Source: a virus
Lineage: Duplodnaviria; Caudoviricetes
Reading direction: 5' to 3' (one strand)
Length of the DNA: 31,821 nucleotides
Virus record (IMG/VR): IMGVR_UViG_3300042214_000074
Location: 1-31,821 of that record
Part shown: positions 24,998 through 31,821 of the stretch, piece by piece
How positions within the stretch are numbered: position 1 is the stretch's first letter
How the letters are laid out: each line of letters starts with the position of its first letter
Position numbers and translations under genes: made by a program
Notes under the pieces: generated by a model
Told to the model about the DNA's origin: nothing
Seen by the model: only the letters and a program-made list of their open reading frames with translations
Databases searched by the model: none

Positions 24998-25387
24998 ATG
25001 CCGGAGTTCTCAAAACAGAGCCAAGGACGGCTCGACACCTGTCACCCGGACTTGCGCCGGTTGTTTGAAGAGGTTGTGAAGTATTACGACTGTTCAATTC
25101 TGGCCGGGCATCGGGGGCAGCAGGAGCAGGATCAGCTATACCGCGAGGGCAAGTCGCAGCTGCGGTTCCCGCGCTCAAATCATAACGCTATGCCGTCGAA
25201 TGCGGTGGATGTGGTGCCCTATCCCGTGGATTGGAAAGACACCGAGCGGTTCGCCCATTTTGCGGGCTATGTGCAGTGTTTGGCTGACCAGATGGGGATC
25301 GCCATTCGTTGGGGCGGTGATTGGGACCAGGACGGGTTTGTCGCAGATGAGCGGTTCCTGGATATGCCGCATTTTGAGCTGATTTGA
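24998..25387 (+). CDS. Endolysin, M15-family (L-Ala-D-Glu) peptidase
   Basis: EQDQLY..GKSQ, SNHN...AVDV, WGGDW and DMPHFEL zinc-peptidase motifs. Confidence 0.9.
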   Translation: MPEFSKQSQGRLDTCHPDLRRLFEEVVKYYDCSILAGHRGQQEQDQLYREGKSQLRFPRSNHNAMPSNAVDVVPYPVDWKDTERFAHFAGYVQCLADQMGIAIRWGGDWDQDGFVADERFLDMPHFELI

Positions 25388-25443
25388 TTGGCTGCCCTAC
25401 GGGCTAAATCAACCATGGATATTTCCGCGTAGCGGGTACAATT

Positions 25444-26049
25444 ATGACTCAGGCAACGGTTCAACTCATCGGAATGGAGCAGGTCCAGCAGCAGGTCGCT
25501 GGGCTTGATGACTCCATGTTTGAGAGCGCCAAGAAAGAGTTCAATAAATCGGCCTTTATTGTAAAAGGCAAGATGGCGAACCGCTCACGAAACGGCCCGC
25601 TGCATGCCCGAACCGGCGAACTGGCCCGCTCCTGGCGCTCAAAAGTCTACGGCAACACCCTCGAAACCCTTGGCTCGGAGGTGTTTTCAACAAGCCCCTA
25701 CGCACTTATTCACGAAAAGGGTGGAACCATCCGGGCCAAAAATGCTTACAAGGGGTTGCAGGGTGGCCCCTACCTGAATATTCCATCGAGCCAGAACCAA
25801 ACAGCCGCAGGCGTGACGCGCATGACACCCCGCGAGGCATTCAATGCCGGTGCAAATATAATTCCATTAAATAATGCACCAAAGGCCAAATTTATGATAT
25901 TATTAAACGGTCAACCGATGTATTGGCTAGTGAAGGAAGTGACGATCCCGGCGAAGCTTGGGCTCGAAACAACTGCACGGGATGAAGTGCAGCCGCTATT
26001 GGCGAGGTTGACAGCAGGAATTAACGGAGCATGGAATGCCGGAACATAA
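25444..26049 (+). CDS. Neck / tail completion protein (HK97 gp10-like)
   Basis: RTGELARS and PYALIHEKGG motifs; position. Confidence 0.7.
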   Translation: MTQATVQLIGMEQVQQQVAGLDDSMFESAKKEFNKSAFIVKGKMANRSRNGPLHARTGELARSWRSKVYGNTLETLGSEVFSTSPYALIHEKGGTIRAKNAYKGLQGGPYLNIPSSQNQTAAGVTRMTPREAFNAGANIIPLNNAPKAKFMILLNGQPMYWLVKEVTIPAKLGLETTARDEVQPLLARLTAGINGAWNAGT

Positions 26050-26539
26050 GCCAGCACAAACCCAAATAATGGACGCAATACATGCGCGTTTATTAACTAT
26101 CAAGCAATCGAACGGGTATTATTCAACGCCCCGCACGGTTGCGCGTGCTCGCCTTTCCAATTTTGTCTCTTCCGACATGCCCTCCATCAATTTCACGCAG
26201 AACGTGGATGTCTTGCTGGATGAAATCCCAGGCAAGCAGCTCCGCGAGCTGACGGTCATTATAGAGATGTATGACCACCACGAAGAGAGCGTCAAGCCAT
26301 TTCCGGACAGAGCGACAGAGCTGGCCTCGGATGTGCAGATTGCTCTGTGGCGGTCACCAGATGCCCCGAGGCCGGAGGACAGGATGGAGTCCAGGCTTGG
26401 CGGCATCGTCGACAACTTCACGCTTGATCGCGTGCAGCCCGCAATAGACCTGGGTCAAAAGCCCTTTTGCGGGGCGGTTATCAGTCTGACGGTGCGGTAC
26501 CGCGTAGCCGCTGATAATCCATTCCAATTAGTTAACTAA
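26036..26539 (+). CDS. Tail terminator protein
   Basis: Size and position just before the tail tube; MPSINF strand pattern. Confidence 0.6.
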   Translation: MPEHKPAQTQIMDAIHARLLTIKQSNGYYSTPRTVARARLSNFVSSDMPSINFTQNVDVLLDEIPGKQLRELTVIIEMYDHHEESVKPFPDRATELASDVQIALWRSPDAPRPEDRMESRLGGIVDNFTLDRVQPAIDLGQKPFCGAVISLTVRYRVAADNPFQLVN

Positions 26540-26570
26540 ATCACACACACGAGCAAGGAGCGCTCCGAAT

Positions 26571-27536
26571 ATGTCAAACCAACTTTTGCAGTATGAAGCA
26601 GGCCAGGATGCATCCCCGATGCAGGAACTGACCAACACCGGCGACAACAAGCTGTTCGACAGCCCTGCCGACCTTTTCTCCAAGCGCAGCGGCTTCGCCC
26701 CGGTTGTTATGCCGAACGGCCTGCTTACTGGTGCCCAGGTTAAGCCGAAAGTCGGCCAGAACGACCAGGTTGAGATCAGCTCAGCCACCGCAAACCAGGG
26801 CGGCGTAAAAAAGACCATCGCTGGCACAACCCTGACGGTTGCCCGCGCTGCGGTTGATACTCACATCATCGCCTCGATTGTTATCAATTCAGCTGGTGCT
26901 TTTGAAGCCATCGCCGGAGCCGAGGGCACGTCCTTCTCTGAGACTCGCGGCGCTGCGGGCGGTCCTGCCTACATTGAGGTGGACGAGATCGAAGTGGCTC
27001 AAATCCGCCTGGCCTCTGGTGCGGCTGCTGAAATCCAGACCGCCGAGGTGTTCACGGTTCCTGGCCTGCACCGCGAGATGGCCCTCTCCCCGGTTCTGAA
27101 AGTGCTGGCAAGCACTGGCCAGGTTGAGTTTGCTGGGCAGCTGCCGACCATTCACACCGGCGACACGCCGAAAAAGGTTTATGCGTCATTTGCTGAGCCG
27201 ATTTTCGCCGCCGTCGATCTGGCTGCTGATTTCCAGCCGTCCGAGAACACCCACTCTCTGAGTTCAACGCAGGTTTATGGCGGCACTATCGGCTCCACGT
27301 CGATCTCTCTGAACTCCGCAACCTTTAAGGCTTATCTGGAAGATGGCATCTCAGATCCGTTGGCAAAGCTGCGCGACGAGATTCTGTGGTTCAAGTTCAT
27401 GCCGGATCGTCACAAGCTCAACCAAATCCTCGAACAGGGCATCCTCGGCATTCGTCGGTCCTATCCTGCGGGCGGCAAGGTTGAGGCTGACTGCACCATC
27501 TCGCCTGAGCAAATCGGCATTTCGGTTGAGGGGTAA
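26571..27536 (+). CDS. Major tail (tube) protein
   Basis: AAGGAG RBS; position before TAC and tape measure; beta-rich. Confidence 0.65.
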   Translation: MSNQLLQYEAGQDASPMQELTNTGDNKLFDSPADLFSKRSGFAPVVMPNGLLTGAQVKPKVGQNDQVEISSATANQGGVKKTIAGTTLTVARAAVDTHIIASIVINSAGAFEAIAGAEGTSFSETRGAAGGPAYIEVDEIEVAQIRLASGAAAEIQTAEVFTVPGLHREMALSPVLKVLASTGQVEFAGQLPTIHTGDTPKKVYASFAEPIFAAVDLAADFQPSENTHSLSSTQVYGGTIGSTSISLNSATFKAYLEDGISDPLAKLRDEILWFKFMPDRHKLNQILEQGILGIRRSYPAGGKVEADCTISPEQIGISVEG

Positions 27537-27539
27537 TCC

Positions 27540-28004
27540 ATGGGCTTCGATCTGAAAGCGTTTAACCGCTCGAAGTTCGAACCACGTGAAAAGGCGGTCC
27601 CGGTGCAAGTCCTGGCCGCCTTTTTTTCCGAGGGCGATGAGCCCGTTTGGAAGGTTCGGGCATTAACCCACGCAGAGCTTTCGAAGGTCCGGGAGGCCCC
27701 CAAACGGGACGACCTGATCAAGACGGCTATCAATGCCCTGGCGGGCGGCGATAAAGACAAGCAGAAGATGATCACGGAGATGCTGGGCGACGTGAACGGC
27801 GTGCCGGAGCGGACTCGCGTGCGCATTGAGGCCCTGCGGCTCTGTTCCGTTGATCCTGTTTGCGACCAACAAATGGCCGTGAAAATTGCGGAATACTACC
27901 CCGCCGTGTTGGAGCATCTGACGGACACCATTTTCGGGCTCACCGATGAGGGGGCGGAAGTCGCAAAAAAAAAGCGACCGAACTCTGGCACCACGGAGAC
28001 GTAA
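27540..28004 (+). CDS. Tail assembly chaperone (gpG-like)
   Basis: Between tail tube and tape measure; slippery site near 3' end. Confidence 0.75.
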   Translation: MGFDLKAFNRSKFEPREKAVPVQVLAAFFSEGDEPVWKVRALTHAELSKVREAPKRDDLIKTAINALAGGDKDKQKMITEMLGDVNGVPERTRVRIEALRLCSVDPVCDQQMAVKIAEYYPAVLEHLTDTIFGLTDEGAEVAKKKRPNSGTTET

Positions 28005-28156
28005 GGTTTGATTTGATGCTCTGCGAGGATCGCGGGGCGTTCATGTTTCAAATCCGCCCGGACCTCTTTCCCGCTGGCTACATGGATGAAGTCGAGCGGC
28101 AACTGTGGGCCATTTATTACGAAGACAAACAAGCACGGCAGAAGGCCGACAAATAA
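27968..28156 (+). other. Programmed -1 frameshift A_AAA_AAG (27968-27974) giving a gpGT-like extension to TAA 28154-28156
   Basis: In-frame A AAA AAG; -1 frame open for 61 codons (...ATELWHH...ERQLWAIYYEDKQARQKADK); SD-like GAGGGGG at 27948-27954. Confidence 0.85.
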
Positions 28157-28177
28157 CGAGTCAAGGACGACGACACC

Positions 28178-31100
28178 ATGCCATTCGCATCAGCAGCCAC
28201 CTCAACCATCAATATCGCATTTGGAGCCATAAACAACACCGGCACGGCGTTCAGCCAGGTCGGCTCTGGGCTTGATAGCATTGCCCAATCCGCGCAATCA
28301 ATCACCTCTCCCCTGGCCTCGGTCACTGACTCCATCATCAACATGGACCTGGCCCTTGCGGCTATGGCGGCCACTGCGTTGGCGTTTGCGGGCAATGAAG
28401 CGATCAAGTTTGAGGGGGCGCTGATTGATCTCGCGAAGGTCATGGATGACAGCGAGGGCGGTGTTGGCAAATACTCCGATGAACTGAAGAAGTTATCAAA
28501 GGAGTTCGGGGTCTCCGCCGTTGATACCGTTAACGGCGCGGCAGACTTCAAGCAGGCTGGATTTACCATTGAAGACTCGATGTATTTGGTGGAGAAATCC
28601 TTGCTTGCCGTGAATGCTGCGGATATGACCACTGCCGCATCGACTGAGTTTTTGATTTCCACACTGCGTGGTTTCAAAGCTCCTGCAAGTGATGCAGGGC
28701 GAATTCTTGATGTTGTCAACAAGGTCTCGAACCACGCAGGCACGAGCGTTGAGATGCTTGCCGACTCGTTTAAGATTTTGAGCCCCATGGCGGCGGAACT
28801 CGGCATCTCTTATGAGGAGCTGGCATCAACGATGGCTCCAATGATTGAGGTGACCAGGAGCGGCTCAGAAGCAGCAAACGCTATGAAAACCGTCTACTCA
28901 AACCTCATCAAGCCGACGAAAGAAGTGCGCGACATGCTTGAAGGGGAGCTTGGCATTCAGCTGGAGGTCAACGGGCAAAGGAGGCTGGCGTCCGACATTC
29001 TGAAAGAGGTGAGACAGAAGACAGAGGACATGACTGCTGCCGACAGGCTCTCTGTAGCTGCGAAAATTGCAGGCGCTGAGCAAGCGTCTCGATTCACTTC
29101 ATACCTCGGAGCAAGCGCAAGAAGCGCAGAGCTTCACACCCTGGCGCTGGAAGCCGATGGCTCTGCACAGAAAGAGTATGAAAAGAGAATGGAGTCAACC
29201 ACGGCTGCCATCAACAGAATGAAGTCCGCATTTTCAGCAGCTGCCATTTCGCTCGGCGAGGAATATCTGACTGAAACTCAGGAGGTCGTGAAGGGCACCA
29301 CGTCCATGATGGATGCCATTGAGCAGGTCATCAAGGGCAAGAACGCCGAGCAGCTGTTCGACGTGCTCCGGGGTGCCATGTCTGATTTTGCCGCCAATCT
29401 GAATGAGCTGGCTCGGAACCTTCCGGCTGCGTTTGAGCAGGTGGACCTGACTGGGCTGGTTCGGGCGTTTAAGGATGCGGGCGGTGAGATTGACGGCATT
29501 TTCGATATTGATGTGAGCGACCCGGAGGATATCGCCAGGGCCATCCAGTATGTGGTGGACACAATTGAGTCGCTGACTGACGCGACCACCGGCATCATAA
29601 AAGCATTTGATGACTTCCTGGACGATTACGTTGCGGGCGGGATTGAGTGGCTGAACTCTCTGAGCGTCGAAGGCAAAAAGGCATTTGGCGAGGTTGCGGG
29701 CTGGGGCAAGATCGTCAATGAAATAATCCCAATGTTCACTGGGTTCACCGATGCGCTTCAGGGGATTGGTACCGCCCTTTCTGTTATGGCTGGCGCAAGC
29801 GTCGTTTCCAGCATCTCATCGCTCACATCGCTCGCAGGACTTGGCGGCTCAATGGCCTCTCTTGGAACCTCTATCGCTGCCGTGACGCGAGTGCTCGGAC
29901 CCTATGCCATAGCCATCACAGGTGCAGCTCTTGCCGGGAAGGATATGGGGGAGACGATTTACCGAAATAACGAACTGATCCGCAAAGGAACTGACATAGT
30001 TGTGGACAATGCTCTTCAGTTGGCGGGAATGACAAATACTCGCATTCAAATGAAAGAGTCCTATGAGAACCTGACCCCATTGATTGAGAAATATATCAAG
30101 GCGACGGGCGATGAAAACATCACGGTCGAAAACCACATGGAGAAGCTCCAGGCGTGGGGTCGCCAGCGGAAGGCGCAGATCGAATATAACGAAAACCTTG
30201 AGAAGTCGTTCAAGACACTATCCCCACAAATAGAAGCATACACGAAACTAACGGGCGACCAGAACGTCACAGTGGCGAACCACCTCGGAAAGCTTTCGGA
30301 GTATCGCCTGGCAAAAGAAGGCGAGACCCAGGCAAACGTTGACCTGCGCAACAGCTACCTCGACCTATATCCGGCAATAAAGGAGTACGTCGAAATAACC
30401 GGCGACCAGGATATCAACCTGGGCAACCATATCGAAAAGCTGGCCGAATTTGAGAAGCAGCACGGCTACAACCTCGACACCATGGTCAAAGTCCGCGACC
30501 AGATGAAAGGCATGACCGAAGATCAAAAGCTCGCAACCAAGGAGCTGATCGGAGGAAATCTTGCAGCTATTGATGCGAAGAAGGCCCAGGACAAAATGGC
30601 CGAGTCATCCTCCAATGCGGCGAAAGAGCTGGAAAACGTTGGGGACAAAGCGAAGAAGGCGAAGGGGGATATCGAGGAGCTGACGAACGACCAGAAAATC
30701 AAGATCCTGGAAATCGGGGTGGATTTGAAGGTTGAGCAAGTTCGGGCGCAGATTGATATTTTGAAAAGTGAGCTTGACTCCCTCGGCGGTTTTTTTCAGA
30801 AGTCCTCAGAAAATATTGGCCAGCTACTGGAAGGGCTCGGGAAAGAAGACGACTACAATGACGAGCGGCTGGAGTTCCTGGAAAAGGAATACGACATCAA
30901 GCTAAAAATCCTTGATCAGCATGAAGAGAGTGTCAAATATGCTCGGGAGCAGGCCGAACAGCTCAACCTGAACAACCTCTCACTTGAGGATCAGAGGGCT
31001 CTGGCAGAGAAGCTCGTGGAGAAATTTGGGCTGCAAAAGACTGCAACAGAAGGTGTTGCCACAGGTCTCGAAAAAGCGAAAGAGAACCAGGAAGGAGCCA

Positions 31101-31606
31101 AGGATGCGACAGTAGAAACCAACGAGGAGCTTGACAAGACTGCGGACAAGCTCGAAGCCCTCACCTCCGAAGTGTTCATGTTGCAGCTTGAGCTGGATAT
31201 GGAAGCTATCAAGGCCGCCGCCGAGGGTGTTCAGATGGCTATGAAAACCACGGGCAACATGTTCTCTGACACCGGCGAGGTTATCCGGTATGCAATCGGG
31301 CAATACGACAGTTCGATGGATATCTTCGATAAATGGCAGCTCAATGACGTCGTAGATCGGCAGCTGGATTTGCAGGAGAGCGCACAGCGGCAGCAGGCAG
31401 AGCTTAACAAATCGGTGATCGAACAGAACAACAGCGTGACCGAACTGAACAAAGCAAGGGCCCGACAGATCAACGGCGGGCGGCCTGAGATTATTGTCAA
31501 TGCGGAAGGTCTGGAGGCTGAGCTGAAAGCCGTGCTGGGCTCCATTATCGAAGCCGCGCACATTGAAGCCTCGCAGGGCGGTTATGAATATCTGATCGGG
31601 GGTTAA
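28178..31606 (+). CDS. Tail tape measure protein (TP901-type core)
   Basis: 1142 aa, Ala/Glu-rich helical; SGSEAANAMKT core segment; follows TAC. Confidence 0.92.
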   Translation: MPFASAATSTINIAFGAINNTGTAFSQVGSGLDSIAQSAQSITSPLASVTDSIINMDLALAAMAATALAFAGNEAIKFEGALIDLAKVMDDSEGGVGKYSDELKKLSKEFGVSAVDTVNGAADFKQAGFTIEDSMYLVEKSLLAVNAADMTTAASTEFLISTLRGFKAPASDAGRILDVVNKVSNHAGTSVEMLADSFKILSPMAAELGISYEELASTMAPMIEVTRSGSEAANAMKTVYSNLIKPTKEVRDMLEGELGIQLEVNGQRRLASDILKEVRQKTEDMTAADRLSVAAKIAGAEQASRFTSYLGASARSAELHTLALEADGSAQKEYEKRMESTTAAINRMKSAFSAAAISLGEEYLTETQEVVKGTTSMMDAIEQVIKGKNAEQLFDVLRGAMSDFAANLNELARNLPAAFEQVDLTGLVRAFKDAGGEIDGIFDIDVSDPEDIARAIQYVVDTIESLTDATTGIIKAFDDFLDDYVAGGIEWLNSLSVEGKKAFGEVAGWGKIVNEIIPMFTGFTDALQGIGTALSVMAGASVVSSISSLTSLAGLGGSMASLGTSIAAVTRVLGPYAIAITGAALAGKDMGETIYRNNELIRKGTDIVVDNALQLAGMTNTRIQMKESYENLTPLIEKYIKATGDENITVENHMEKLQAWGRQRKAQIEYNENLEKSFKTLSPQIEAYTKLTGDQNVTVANHLGKLSEYRLAKEGETQANVDLRNSYLDLYPAIKEYVEITGDQDINLGNHIEKLAEFEKQHGYNLDTMVKVRDQMKGMTEDQKLATKELIGGNLAAIDAKKAQDKMAESSSNAAKELENVGDKAKKAKGDIEELTNDQKIKILEIGVDLKVEQVRAQIDILKSELDSLGGFFQKSSENIGQLLEGLGKEDDYNDERLEFLEKEYDIKLKILDQHEESVKYAREQAEQLNLNNLSLEDQRALAEKLVEKFGLQKTATEGVATGLEKAKENQEGAKDATVETNEELDKTADKLEALTSEVFMLQLELDMEAIKAAAEGVQMAMKTTGNMFSDTGEVIRYAIGQYDSSMDIFDKWQLNDVVDRQLDLQESAQRQQAELNKSVIEQNNSVTELNKARARQINGGRPEIIVNAEGLEAELKAVLGSIIEAAHIEASQGGYEYLIGG

Positions 31607-31821
31607 CCCTGGAACTGGTCGAGGATAATCGCCAGGGCGTCGTCGCGTTTACGCAGGCCCCTGGCTTCTTTCAGTGCGTCGATTTTTTCGAGGTTGTCGT
31701 CTGACACGTAAAAGTTGACCCGACGAACCCCCTGCTCTGCCAGCTTCTCACGTTGCTCGGCATGCCATCGCGCCTGGGCCTGCCTCTGTTTTTCTTTTGC
31801 TTCTGGGCTCAGTTTTTTCAT
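31603..31821 (-). CDS. Small ribbon-helix-helix-like DNA-binding protein
   Basis: GVRRVNFYVSDDNLEKIDALKEARGLRKRDDALAIIL: beta-strand plus two helices; stop overlaps the TMP stop (TTAA). Confidence 0.7.
   Translation of the reverse strand: MKKLSPEAKEKQRQAQARWHAEQREKLAEQGVRRVNFYVSDDNLEKIDALKEARGLRKRDDALAIILDQFQG

Larger units (their letters stand above)
1..31821. mobile_element. Temperate tailed phage / prophage (HK97-type head, long non-contractile tail); boundaries probably extend beyond the window
   Basis: Integrase, replication protein, TerS/TerL, portal, prohead protease, major capsid, connector, tail tube, TAC and tape measure genes; no sheath gene seen; no host housekeeping genes in window. 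Confidence 0.95.

Noticed and set aside
3092-31563. Many long antisense or alternate-frame ORFs (e.g. 3092-3751, 14612-15328, 19370-20041, 28117-28806)
   Set aside because: Shadow frames of well-supported genes on the opposite strand

Overview
The whole window is a temperate, long-tailed (siphovirus-like) prophage or phage-plasmid segment, probably from a proteobacterial host (sigma70-type promoters). From left to right it holds a P4-like tyrosine integrase with an unusual C-terminal extension, an SF2/origin-binding-type replication protein next to a palindromic putative origin, and a RuvC-like resolvase. Next comes an accessory early region of small independently promoted genes, then TerS, two orphan beta-class DNA methyltransferases, an apparently catalytically dead TerL-ATPase paralogue and the true TerL. 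A misplaced tail-fibre module follows, then a portal-MuF fusion, a reverse-oriented acidic moron, an HK97-type protease and capsid, lysis genes, a tail module with a -1 frameshift, a tape measure protein and a convergent RHH-type regulator. The most interesting unexplained signals are: (i) a ~110-nt non-coding transcript (own promoter and terminator, 1984-2093) that is complementary in trans to the whole predicted 5' UTR and start codon of gene 6096, and more loosely to a second small transcript at ~6982-7059, suggesting an RNA-based regulatory circuit; (ii) three dispersed copies of a strong-promoter plus double-hairpin leader cassette, two of which drive very acidic (DNA-mimic-like) proteins; (iii) an intact pseudo-terminase that may act as a decoy against terminase-sensing defences. 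All family assignments come from motif recognition by eye; no searches were run.
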